From the NCBI RefSeq assembly GCF_000354175.2, contig NC_022349.1:3210001-3242000 (forward strand): a stretch of DNA of 32,000 nt. Direction: 5' to 3'. Under the pieces are notes generated by a model that saw only the letters and a program-made list of their open reading frames with translations, had not been told where the DNA came from and searched no databases. Position 1 is the stretch's first letter; every line of letters begins with the position of its first letter. Positions 1 to 8,132 of this stretch are shown piece after piece. The position numbers were made by a program, and so were the translations under genes. The stretch is from Vibrio alginolyticus NBRC 15630 = ATCC 17749. Its GTDB lineage: Bacteria > Pseudomonadota > Gammaproteobacteria > Enterobacterales > Vibrionaceae.

Positions 1-117
1 GAAAGAATCCCCGCTGAATTGCGTAGAAATTGATTCGTTTAGTTGAGGTTTTTTTAACCTACATGTTCATAATGACATCACATTGTTACGGTGAAATTAC
101 ATTTCGACAAAACTTTT

Positions 118-945
118 TTATGCAGCCTGTCGCAAAATTTTATCAAGTGCACGGGTTGGTAATAGTCTTTTCAAGACTGCGAATAATTTAGTCGGTGTAG
201 TAATTCGATAACGAATTTTCGGTGAAACGCTAGTTAATGCATGAAGAACTGGTGCGATGCAAGACTCTGCAGGCAAAACAAATCGATTATTAGACTTGTC
301 GTTGTTGAGTCGCTCTCTTTGTCCTTCATAAGCATCACGATGGGGGCTAGATTCAATATCAACCCACTTCTCAAAGGCTCGTAATGCATTGTTTCTAAAT
401 TGAGTTTCGATCGGTCCTGGTTCTATCAATGCTACTTTGATATTCGTATCCGCAAGCTCTAGCCTGAGCGTATCTGTCCAGCCTTCTAAGGCAAATTTTG
501 ATGCATTATAGGCACCACGGTATTTCATTGCGGCAAAACCAAGAACAGAGCTGTTTTGTATGATGCGTCCTTCGCCTTGCTGGCGCATATGAGGAAGTAC
601 CTCTCTGACCAACTGGTGCCAACCAAAAAAGTTGGTCTGAAATTGATCTTGAAGAGCCTCGGTGGGTAAGTCTTCCAGTGCTCCGGGCTGACCATAGGCA
701 CCATTATTGAACACTGCGTAAAGCTTACCTTCTGCTAACTCTAGCGCTTGCTTCACGCCCGAAGAAATGCTTTCTGGGCTATTTAGGTCTAGATTGATGC
801 AGGTTAGCCCTTCATTAATTAGGCGCTGGACATCTTGTTCTTTCCTACAAGATGCAATGACATTAAATCCCTTGTTTTGTAGGGCGTGAGCGCACACGTA
901 ACCGATGCCGGTTGAACAACCCGTAATAAGAATCGACTTTTTCAT
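118..945 (-). CDS. SDR-family short-chain dehydrogenase/reductase
   Basis: 275-aa ORF. N-terminal Rossmann motif ITGCSTGIG (TGxxxGxG), FNNGAYG (NNAG-like) and catalytic YNASK (YxxxK). Confidence 0.85.
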   Translation of the reverse strand: MKKSILITGCSTGIGYVCAHALQNKGFNVIASCRKEQDVQRLINEGLTCINLDLNSPESISSGVKQALELAEGKLYAVFNNGAYGQPGALEDLPTEALQDQFQTNFFGWHQLVREVLPHMRQQGEGRIIQNSSVLGFAAMKYRGAYNASKFALEGWTDTLRLELADTNIKVALIEPGPIETQFRNNALRAFEKWVDIESSPHRDAYEGQRERLNNDKSNNRFVLPAESCIAPVLHALTSVSPKIRYRITTPTKLFAVLKRLLPTRALDKILRQAA

Positions 946-989
946 AATTTAATTTAAGACTCAGAAACCTTGATTAGAGCCATCATTCA

Positions 990-1904
990 TCAGCTCCGGT
1001 CATGAAGCAAGTGCTTGAGTGCTGGCTCTATTCTGGAGTAGCTAAATTTAAAGCCCAGTTCGGTGAGTTTTTTGGGTTTGGCTCTCATGCTATCAAACAA
1101 TAAGCAGGAAGATTCTCCCATTAGGAGTTCCATCGCCCATTTAGGCGTGAACAAGATATGCGGACGTTTTAGCGTTTTAGCTAGTGTGCCGCTGAATATA
1201 CGATTAGTCACAGGATGGGGGGCGCACATATTGAATGCACCGTGGGCATGTGGTGTTTCAAGCAAGTACATGATGGCGCGGACCATATCTAGGATGTGAA
1301 TCCAAGGCATGTACTGATTACCGTTCCCAAGTGGGCCGCCTACGCCAAGCTTGTAAGGTAATAGCATTTTTGCCAACGCACCACCATTAAGGCCGAGTAC
1401 CACGCCAGTTCTCAGTAGACAAACCCGTGTTTGTTCCGACTCTGCGCGCTTGGCTATTTGCTCCCACTTTGCACAAACCTCGTGAGGAAAGTCGTCGCTA
1501 TTAACATGTAAGCACTCATCAAACGGATGGTCTTGTTGATCACCATAGTAGCCAACTGCCGAGCCACTAATAAAAACAGAGGGAGGTTCGGTACTTGCGT
1601 GGATCAGCTCAACAATTTGCTCGGTAATTTTCCAACGACTTTTGCAGATTTTTTCTTTTTGCTCGCTGGTCCACCTTTTATCCGCAATTGGCTCACCTGC
1701 AAGATTAATGACGGCATCAACGTGATTGAGATCGGCGAACGACTCGAGCGAGTCAAGGTATTCGATATTACCCAGATCAGCATGCTGTAGGCGTTGTTTT
1801 GCTCGCTCTGGAGAGCGTGTAAGTAGCATAACCTGGTGAGTTGATAGCAGCTTGAGCAACTCCGAGCCAATAAACCCAGTGCCACCTGTGAGTAATATCT
1901 TCAT
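990..1904 (-). CDS. yfcH: YfcH-like (TIGR01777 / SDR39U1) epimerase-family protein with a DUF1731-type C-terminus
   Basis: MKILLTGGTGFIGSELL NAD-binding N-terminus on an atypical-SDR body of about 300 aa. I chose the internal ATG at 1904 (AAAGAGATAAC-ATG) over the ORF-track start at 1925, because the family begins MKILxTGGTGFIG. Confidence 0.8.
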   Translation of the reverse strand: MKILLTGGTGFIGSELLKLLSTHQVMLLTRSPERAKQRLQHADLGNIEYLDSLESFADLNHVDAVINLAGEPIADKRWTSEQKEKICKSRWKITEQIVELIHASTEPPSVFISGSAVGYYGDQQDHPFDECLHVNSDDFPHEVCAKWEQIAKRAESEQTRVCLLRTGVVLGLNGGALAKMLLPYKLGVGGPLGNGNQYMPWIHILDMVRAIMYLLETPHAHGAFNMCAPHPVTNRIFSGTLAKTLKRPHILFTPKWAMELLMGESSCLLFDSMRAKPKKLTELGFKFSYSRIEPALKHLLHDRS

Positions 1905-2158
1905 GTTATCTCTTTGAATGTACACGTATTAGAACATTATAGTCGTTTTGTGCTTAGCTTGATCATCTCAACACCATTATTTCTGGGATAGTGACAAGCT
2001 GGCAGAGATACTATTAACTTCACATATTAGAAAATATGTAACTAAATGTTATAGATGGCGCTAGTGCATTCACGGTAGAAGAGTGAAATCTATGCCAGAC
2101 TAGAAGTTATCGCTCATTGGAATGGCGTAATCAGTTTGCACAATCAAGGAGGATAGGC

Positions 2159-2893
2159 ATGGAAGCATTTGTTGCGCTTTTTCGAGCGCTCCTCAATAGT
2201 GCTCGTGACTTATTACCCATCATCATTGTTATCACTTTTTTCCAATTAGTCGTTTTGCAAGAGCCGCTGCCCAACCTGGTCTCCATTCTTTTTGGCTTGT
2301 TGCTTGTCGTTTTAGGATTAACCTTTTTTATCTTTGGCCTAGAACTTGGTCTTTTTCCTATCGGAGAGAGTATGGCTCAAGCCTTTGCAAAAAAAGGCAG
2401 CGTGTTTTGGTTATTAGTCTTTGCGTTTTGTTTGGGGTTTGGCACCACGATAGCTGAACCTGCATTGACCGCGGTAGCGGAAGAAGCCTCAGAAGTTGCG
2501 GCAGAGGGCGGAATGATCGCTAACTCAGAGCAGTCCATGCAGGATTACGGAGAAGGACTTCGAGTAACAGTAGCTCTCTCTGTGGGGATAGCCATCGTTA
2601 TCGGCGTTTTGCGTATCTTAAAAGGGTGGCCGATTCATTACATGATAATTGGTGGCTATGTAGGCGTTGTAATACTGACGTGGTTTGCACCTGAAGCCAT
2701 TATTGGCGTCGCTTACGATTCAGGAGGTGTAACCACGTCCACCATAACAGTACCTCTGGTCACTGCACTGGGCGTCGGTTTAGCGTCTTCTATTAAAGGG
2801 CGTAACCCTATGGTGGATGGCTTTGGTTTAATCGCTTTTGCCTCGCTGTTACCGATGATGTTTGTGATGGTTTACGGAATGGTCGTAACATGA
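2159..2893 (+). CDS. DUF1538-family polytopic membrane protein, paralog A
   Basis: Hydrophobic multi-TM ORF with motifs [34 protein letters not shown] and [17 protein letters not shown]. The ATG at 2159 lies 7 nt after a strong SD (AAGGAGG, 2146-2152). The track's TTG at 2117 is unlikely to be the start. Confidence 0.8.
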   Translation: MEAFVALFRALLNSARDLLPIIIVITFFQLVVLQEPLPNLVSILFGLLLVVLGLTFFIFGLELGLFPIGESMAQAFAKKGSVFWLLVFAFCLGFGTTIAEPALTAVAEEASEVAAEGGMIANSEQSMQDYGEGLRVTVALSVGIAIVIGVLRILKGWPIHYMIIGGYVGVVILTWFAPEAIIGVAYDSGGVTTSTITVPLVTALGVGLASSIKGRNPMVDGFGLIAFASLLPMMFVMVYGMVVT

Positions 2894-3681
2894 TTTCAAT
2901 TGATCATTTCCTAGACACTTTATTATCGACCGTTCGAGACGTCGTTCCCATCGCCAGCATTATTTTTGGTTTTCAGTTAGCGGTGTTAAGGCGTCCTGTT
3001 AGCAACCTTAAGAAAGTTTTGCTTGGGTTCGTTTATGTGATTTTCGGGCTAGCTCTTTTTTTACTTGGATTAGAAATGGCGTTGTTTCCACTTGGGGAGA
3101 CGATGGCTGTGCAATTAACGGCGCCGGAGTTTTTACAAGAGTTCAAAGTATCTGTAGGGAAAGCCTTAATGTGGGTCGACTATTATTGGGTTTACACCTT
3201 CGCCTTTTTTATAGGCTTTAGTACCACGATTGCAGAGCCTTCTTTAATCGCTGTAGCGATAAAAGCAAACCAAGTCTCTGGAGGCAGTATCAGTATTAAC
3301 GGCTTGCGCGTAGCCGTTGCGTTTGGGGTGGCAATTGGTATTGCATTAGGGAGTTACCGGATTGTCGTGGGCGATCCCATTCATTATTACATCATCGCGG
3401 GTTACATCGTCGTTGTGATTCAAACGTTTTACGCTCCCAAGCTTATTGTTCCACTCGCCTACGATTCTGGAGGCGTAACAACTTCTACTGTCACTGTCCC
3501 ACTTGTAACTGCATTAGGGTTAGGGCTTGCTTCGACCGTCCCTGGAAGAAACCCAATGATTGATGGCTTTGGCTTGATCGCGTTTGCCAGTCTATTCCCT
3601 ATGATCTCTGTGATGGGCTATGCGCAAATAACCCAGTGGCTGAATAAAAACATCTCGGAGGAAGAAGAAAATGCGCTTTAA
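2890..3681 (+). CDS. DUF1538-family polytopic membrane protein, paralog B
   Basis: Clear paralog of the upstream gene, with the same motifs: [34 protein letters not shown] and [17 protein letters not shown]. Its start overlaps the upstream stop as ATGA (2890-2893). Confidence 0.8.
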   Translation: MISIDHFLDTLLSTVRDVVPIASIIFGFQLAVLRRPVSNLKKVLLGFVYVIFGLALFLLGLEMALFPLGETMAVQLTAPEFLQEFKVSVGKALMWVDYYWVYTFAFFIGFSTTIAEPSLIAVAIKANQVSGGSISINGLRVAVAFGVAIGIALGSYRIVVGDPIHYYIIAGYIVVVIQTFYAPKLIVPLAYDSGGVTTSTVTVPLVTALGLGLASTVPGRNPMIDGFGLIAFASLFPMISVMGYAQITQWLNKNISEEEENAL

Positions 3682-4021
3682 ATTGATACTTGCGTTTGTT
3701 GAAGACAGCAAAACAGACAAGGTGTTGGACGCTGCACGCGATGCTGGTGCGACCGGTGCAACAGTGATTAACAATGCTCGCGGGCAAGGTTTAAATCAAA
3801 AGCGAACGTTTTTTGGTTTAACGCTAGAAGTGCAAAAAGATGTGCTGCTGTTTGTGGTCGAGGAACATCTCTCTCGACACATATTAGAAACCATTAATGA
3901 GGTTGGTGAATTTGACAGAGAGTCGGGACAGGGGATTGCTATTCAGATCGATATTGAAGATGCAGTCGGTGTCGCGCATCAAGTCGAGACATTGACCAAA
4001 GTAGTCGAGGATGAATTATGA
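3671..4021 (+). CDS. PII-like (GlnB-superfamily) signal-transduction protein, non-canonical
   Basis: 116 aa with a beta-alpha-beta-beta-alpha-beta pattern: [40 protein letters not shown]...GQGIAIQIDIEDAVGV. The T-loop region is short and has no Tyr51-type site. It overlaps the upstream gene by 11 nt. Confidence 0.7.
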   Translation: MRFKLILAFVEDSKTDKVLDAARDAGATGATVINNARGQGLNQKRTFFGLTLEVQKDVLLFVVEEHLSRHILETINEVGEFDRESGQGIAIQIDIEDAVGVAHQVETLTKVVEDEL

Positions 4022-4425
4022 GTGATCAAACGATAATTAGAGTTCGAGATGTTATGGCGGCAACGTATGTAATGGTTGATGGACTGATGACCGTATACGA
4101 AGGCATAACGCTAGCGAAAAAATACCAAGTCAAAGCGCTGGTGGTGAAAAAGCGAGATGATAATGATGAATATGGCATCGTGTTGATGAATGATATCGCC
4201 AAAAAGGTGCTGGCGAATAATCGTTCTCCTCAGCGCACAAATATTTATGAAATCATGACCAAGCCCGCTTTGTGTGTCGAACCAGATATGAACGTAAAAT
4301 ATTGTGCCCGTTTGTTTGAGCGATTTGGCATAAGCAGAGCGCCGGTCATTGAAAGTGGCGAGGTCATTGGGATGGTGAGTTATAACAATATTGTCATCAA
4401 TGGTATGGTGCGAGAAGAAGTGTAA
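4018..4425 (+). CDS. CBS-pair domain protein
   Basis: 135 aa with two CBS-like repeats (VRDVMAATYVMVDGLMTVYEGITLAKKYQVKALVV and IYEIMTKPALCVEPDMNVKYCARLFERFGISRAPVIESGEVIGMVSYNNI). ATGA overlap with the PII-like gene at 4018-4021. Confidence 0.8.
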   Translation: MSDQTIIRVRDVMAATYVMVDGLMTVYEGITLAKKYQVKALVVKKRDDNDEYGIVLMNDIAKKVLANNRSPQRTNIYEIMTKPALCVEPDMNVKYCARLFERFGISRAPVIESGEVIGMVSYNNIVINGMVREEV

Positions 4426-4426
4426 T

Positions 4427-4459
4427 AGGTTGATATAAATGAAAAATCAACGAATTTTT
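4427..4459 (+). terminator. Weak terminator candidate after the DUF1538/PII/CBS operon
   Basis: GTTGAT, an 11-nt loop, ATCAAC, then GAATTTTTT. The stem is only 6 bp and AT-rich. Confidence 0.3.
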
Positions 4460-4574
4460 TCTCAAGTCAGCGACTGTTACAAAGAACTAAAATATTTAAT
4501 ATATGTTAGGTTGCATATGTGTTAATTCACCATTATTCTTTGCGCCCTAAGCCTAATGTCGAGGAATCTGTATC

Positions 4575-4784
4575 ATGCCTTTAGTCTCTTGCCCCGTGTG
4601 TGAGAAACAAATCTCAAAACGCGCTCATGCATGTCCAGGATGCGGAGAGCCCGATCCGCTGCACCATCTAGCCAAATCAAAATTTATGTCGATGGTGTTT
4701 TGGATACTGGTGTTGGTTGGAACAGCGTATGCAGCATGGTTCTATGTTTTGCCTATGGTCATTGAATCATTGCGCTATCAGTAG
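4575..4784 (+). CDS. Small zinc-ribbon protein with a C-terminal transmembrane helix
   Basis: 69 aa. CPVC-x12-CPGC zinc-ribbon motif, followed by a hydrophobic helix (MSMVFWILVLVGTAYAAWFYVLPMVI). GAGGA lies 9 nt upstream of the ATG. Confidence 0.55.
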   Translation: MPLVSCPVCEKQISKRAHACPGCGEPDPLHHLAKSKFMSMVFWILVLVGTAYAAWFYVLPMVIESLRYQ

Positions 4785-4802
4785 TATTCAAACCGTCGTA
4801 GG

Positions 4803-4830
4803 TTGAGCTGCTAAAAAAATGCCGTAGAAT
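4803..4830 (+). promoter_or_regulatory. Candidate sigma70 promoter for yfcE
   Basis: TTGAGC (4803-4808), a 16-nt spacer, then TAGAAT (4825-4830), about 30 nt upstream of the GTG start. Confidence 0.45.
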
Positions 4831-4859
4831 GACCTCATACTTTTTGAGGAGACAATGTC

Positions 4860-5405
4860 GTGAAACTATTTTTTGCCTCAGACCTGCATGGCTCTTTGCC
4901 AGCAACTAAAGAAACCATTGAGCTATTTCTGGCCTCTGGTGCGCACCACCTGATTTTGCTAGGAGATACGCTAAACCATGGGCCGCGAAACCCTATTCCG
5001 GAAGGCTACAACCCTCCACAGGTAGCAGACTTATTGAACCAATACAGTGATCAAATTATTTCTGTACGTGGCAACTGTGATAGTGAAGTGGACCAAATGC
5101 TATTGAAGTTTCCAATGATGATGGATTACTCATGGGTGCTACTTGAATCTGGCAAGAGAATCTTTTTGACTCATGGTCACTTGTACAACTCTGAAAAACG
5201 GCCGCCACTGCGCGAAGGTGATATCATCGCCCACGGGCATACACATGTTCCCGTCGCAGAGATGCAAGATGGAGCCATTATATTCAACCCAGGCTCGATG
5301 ACATTCCCACGTAATGGCTTACCGAGAAGCTTTGGTACTCTAGAAGACAATAAGCTAACGGTAAAAACGCCAGAAGGCGAAGTATTAGCACAAACCATGA
5401 TTTAA
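4860..5405 (+). CDS. yfcE: YfcE-type metallophosphoesterase (MJ0936 family phosphodiesterase)
   Basis: MKLFFASDLHGS...LGDTLNHGPRN...GNCD...THGH...GHTH metallophosphatase motifs. GTG start preceded by GAGGAG. Confidence 0.85.
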   Translation: MKLFFASDLHGSLPATKETIELFLASGAHHLILLGDTLNHGPRNPIPEGYNPPQVADLLNQYSDQIISVRGNCDSEVDQMLLKFPMMMDYSWVLLESGKRIFLTHGHLYNSEKRPPLREGDIIAHGHTHVPVAEMQDGAIIFNPGSMTFPRNGLPRSFGTLEDNKLTVKTPEGEVLAQTMI

Positions 5406-5422
5406 CGGTTTTACTAAGTAAA

Positions 5423-5451
5423 AAAATAGGGAGCGAATTGCTCCCTATTTT
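5423..5451. terminator. Bidirectional terminator between yfcE and the Rdx-like gene
   Basis: AAATAGGGAGC-GAATT-GCTCCCTATTT, flanked by A- and T-runs. It overlaps the last codons of the Rdx ORF. Confidence 0.7.
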
Positions 5452-5723
5452 GTGTCTGAATGTCCTAAATCGCGTTCTGGGTCGATAATGTCTCTAACGC
5501 GCTGTTTTAGCACCTTGGCTTCAGGAAAGCCGCTGTCTTTTTTCCGTTCCCAAATTTGCTGGCCATTACAGAAAATTTCGAAGCGACCACCTGTGTCTGG
5601 GTGTAAGCTGATTGTTTCTATTTCTTCACTAAAAGTATGCAGTAATTCTTGCGATAGCCAAGTTGAACGCAACATCCAGTTGCACTGGCGGCAGTAATAA
5701 ATATCAATGATTGCTTTATCCAT
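5445..5723 (-). CDS. Rdx (SelW/SelT/SelH-like) thioredoxin-fold protein, Cys form
   Basis: 92 aa. N-terminal IYYCRQCNW CxxC redox motif and a length typical of bacterial Rdx proteins. Confidence 0.7.
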   Translation of the reverse strand: MDKAIIDIYYCRQCNWMLRSTWLSQELLHTFSEEIETISLHPDTGGRFEIFCNGQQIWERKKDSGFPEAKVLKQRVRDIIDPERDLGHSDTK

Positions 5724-5744
5724 GAAACTTTCCTTTTAATCTTT

Positions 5745-6536
5745 TTAAACCAGCAACTTGATGCCCACCGCAAACGTGAGAATTTCGAATGCAACTTTAA
5801 TCACTCTGTTACTGTATCGAGTCGCGGCCCATGCGCCTAAACTGCCGCCTAGAAAAGAGCTTAACAATAAAACAGGTAACCAAGCCCAGTGAATAGGCGC
5901 CCCTGCCTGTACGACGGCAATGCCTCCAATGCCATTCCAAAACAGGCCGACACAAATCATGGTGTAAGCAACGGCTTGTTTGTAGTCGTAACCAAACCAG
6001 CGCACCAAAAATAGTGTCACGAGCAAACCAGAACCTGCGGTAAGAGATCCGTTAATGATGCCGATAAACAGTAAGCCAATTCCACCAATAACCCAACCAA
6101 TAGGATGACGGTTGCGTATTACTTCAGCTTGGCCTAGCGATGTCTTAAGTCGCGAGTAGATACCCAGCGCTAGGATCATCGTGCCGAGCATCTTTTCCGC
6201 GATACCATCAGGGATCTGTACAATTAAGTTAGCCCCTAAAATCACGCCAATACTGCCGGACAAGATAAGGTAGAGCGCGACTTTCCATTTAATAGTGCCT
6301 GATCTTAAATGCGTGCTTGCTGCGCCTAAGCCTAAAGCGACCGAAGCCACCTTATGTGTGCCTAGCGCAACGGAGAACGGTAAGCCGAGAAAGATGAGTA
6401 AAGGGAATTGAAGCAAGCCTGCTCCGCCACCGGAAAGTGAAGCCAGCGTGTTGGCGATTAGTGAACCGAAAAAGAGAGTAGTGGTATCTAGCCAATCCAT
6501 AAGCAAAACAAAGGGGGCGTCTTGCCCCCTTATCAT
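5745..6536 (-). CDS. TauE/SafE (DUF81) family anion-exporter-like membrane protein
   Basis: Polytopic Gly-rich membrane ORF typical of DUF81/TauE. The start is ambiguous: ATG at 6536, or ATG at 6500 (MDWLDTTT). The first 12 codons of the long form run through the toxS terminator hairpin. Confidence 0.75.
   Translation of the reverse strand: MIRGQDAPFVLLMDWLDTTTLFFGSLIANTLASLSGGGAGLLQFPLLIFLGLPFSVALGTHKVASVALGLGAASTHLRSGTIKWKVALYLILSGSIGVILGANLIVQIPDGIAEKMLGTMILALGIYSRLKTSLGQAEVIRNRHPIGWVIGGIGLLFIGIINGSLTAGSGLLVTLFLVRWFGYDYKQAVAYTMICVGLFWNGIGGIAVVQAGAPIHWAWLPVLLLSSFLGGSLGAWAATRYSNRVIKVAFEILTFAVGIKLLV
6503..6531 (-). terminator. Rho-independent terminator of toxRS
   Basis: On the minus strand: AAGGGGGC-AAGAC-GCCCCCTT followed by TGTTTTGCTT. 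It begins 16 nt after the toxS stop. Confidence 0.7.
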
Positions 6537-6546
6537 CCAATCAAAA

Positions 6547-7062
6547 TTAGTTTTTAAACAGTACCGAAGAACCGTGGTTCAAGCTAGTGAGCAATAGTGT
6601 TTTTTCGTTCACGACGTCAATACGACGACTTTGCTCCGCATCTAGCTTAAAAATTTGAGTAATTAAACGTAGCTGTGCTTCGGAAAAGTCTTTTGATTGA
6701 GAAGATGAAATATCTTTAAACTCCGAAGGCGAGACCAACAAATAGTTGTCACTTACTTCCCAGCGGCCTTTTTCCGAGATATTTATCGTTGATTCTGCGG
6801 TTGAACCTTGAGCGAATAGTTTTATATTTGCTACGCGAATATAGTCACCATTAGGGAGATATTTCACGTTTGATTCAACATTAACTCGGCGTAGTGGGCC
6901 GACAGTATCGTCAGGCAAGCTGTCTGTAATGACTGTCACCATGGTCGACTGCCATTCGTTTGCTGTGAGGAGCTGCTCCACTTTTAGGTCACTTCCCCAA
7001 TACAACCAACTACTGAAAAGAACGGATACGGCCAAAACCGCAGATGCTAATTTAATCTTCAT
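6547..7062 (-). CDS. toxS: ToxS, periplasmic/membrane partner of ToxR
   Basis: 171 aa with an N-terminal signal-anchor (MKIKLASAVLAVSVLFSSWLYW). It sits immediately downstream of toxR, with the AAGGAGG SD placed just after the toxR stop. This matches the classic Vibrio toxRS arrangement. Confidence 0.88.
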   Translation of the reverse strand: MKIKLASAVLAVSVLFSSWLYWGSDLKVEQLLTANEWQSTMVTVITDSLPDDTVGPLRRVNVESNVKYLPNGDYIRVANIKLFAQGSTAESTINISEKGRWEVSDNYLLVSPSEFKDISSSQSKDFSEAQLRLITQIFKLDAEQSRRIDVVNEKTLLLTSLNHGSSVLFKN

Positions 7063-7073
7063 ATTGGCCTCCT

Positions 7074-7952
7074 TTATTTGCAGATGTCTGTTGGATCGTT
7101 TTGACCTGCGAAAATACGCAGTGTTACGTTCTCGTAAGAGTGGTTACTGTCATGAATGTAGTTCAGAATCAGCTGGTTATTTTGTCCACCAGTGGCAATC
7201 ACTTCAACTGGCAACGAGTCTTCTGCATGGTGCTTCACGTAGCGCTCAATGCATTGCTCTATTGAAGGCAACCAGTTGTTGATTTGAGGGTGATTTACAG
7301 GTGTCATCACTGGTACATTTTGATACTCACCAATCTGACGGAATTGGGATTCCGCAGGGTTCGTGAATAACAATACGCAAACAGGAAGCAGCAGAGACAA
7401 AAAGATAATGACACGCGGTAGCCAGTTAATCGTGTTAGATGCTGGCTTCGGCTGAGTTTTAGTCGGCTCTACTTGAGGCTCAAGATCAGCAGTAGTATCG
7501 GTCACTATCTCTGTTGGTGGTGTATCGCTCGCTTCTAACTCCACTGCTGGCGCTTCGTGTTCAGAAGCGGTTTCTTCAACGTCAGTGTTAGAGTCAGTAG
7601 AAAATGGGCTCAAGCGTTCCACTGAACAAATGAGTTGGTAGCCACGTTTAGGTACCGTTTTAACAAACTCTGGAGATTTTGTTGAATCCTTCAACATCTT
7701 ACGCAGAGTAGAAATCGCTTGAGTCAGGCTTGAGTCATCCACCTCAAAACCTTGCTCACGCCAAACAAACTCGTGAAGCTCGTTACGGGTTAAAACTTCG
7801 TTTGGTCTCTCTGCCAACATCAGAAGTATACGGCTTTCGTTGCTTCCTAATCGTACAACGTCGTTGCCGTTTTGTTGGTCAGCGAGCGAATTACTATTTG
7901 GATCAAAGGTGAACCTTTGAGCAAGTAGAAATTTGGTGCCAATGTTAGTCAT
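7074..7952 (-). CDS. toxR: ToxR, membrane-bound OmpR/winged-helix transcriptional activator
   Basis: IGTKFLLAQRFTFDP...RLGSNESRIL...VWREQGFEVDDSSLTQAISTLRKMLKDSTKSPEFVKTVPKRGYQLI closely matches Vibrio ToxR. It has a single TM (WLPRVIIFLSLLLPVCVLLF) and a periplasmic domain with two Cys. Confidence 0.93.
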   Translation of the reverse strand: MTNIGTKFLLAQRFTFDPNSNSLADQQNGNDVVRLGSNESRILLMLAERPNEVLTRNELHEFVWREQGFEVDDSSLTQAISTLRKMLKDSTKSPEFVKTVPKRGYQLICSVERLSPFSTDSNTDVEETASEHEAPAVELEASDTPPTEIVTDTTADLEPQVEPTKTQPKPASNTINWLPRVIIFLSLLLPVCVLLFTNPAESQFRQIGEYQNVPVMTPVNHPQINNWLPSIEQCIERYVKHHAEDSLPVEVIATGGQNNQLILNYIHDSNHSYENVTLRIFAGQNDPTDICK

Positions 7953-8104
7953 TTAGTTCTTCTTAGATGGATGATGTTGTAATTATGGTGATTTATGTCA
8001 CAAAATTACCGGGGCGCTTGGAGTGCGCACGACATTTTAGATGCTTTTAGACGGGTAGGATAATTAAAATTTTCTAAAAAAACACCGTTTTTAGCAATAT
8101 TGAC

Positions 8105-8132
8105 CTTGAATTTACATTTGTCAGCCACATGT
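8105..8132 (+). promoter_or_regulatory. Candidate sigma32 (heat-shock) promoter of htpG
   Basis: CTTGAA (8105-8110), a 14-nt spacer, then CCACATGT (8125-8132). The E. coli sigma32 consensus is CTTGAA-N13-17-CCCCATNT. It lies about 90 nt upstream of the htpG ATG. Confidence 0.6.

Noticed and set aside
2061-2103. Imperfect three-tier hairpin (CTAG-GCAT-TCAC...GTGA-ATGC-CTAG) upstream of the DUF1538/PII/CBS operon, considered as a possible riboswitch.
   Set aside because: All helices are 4 bp with bulges, and I see no resemblance to any riboswitch class I know. It is worth including in an Rfam or covariation scan of the operon leader, but it cannot be supported from this sequence alone.
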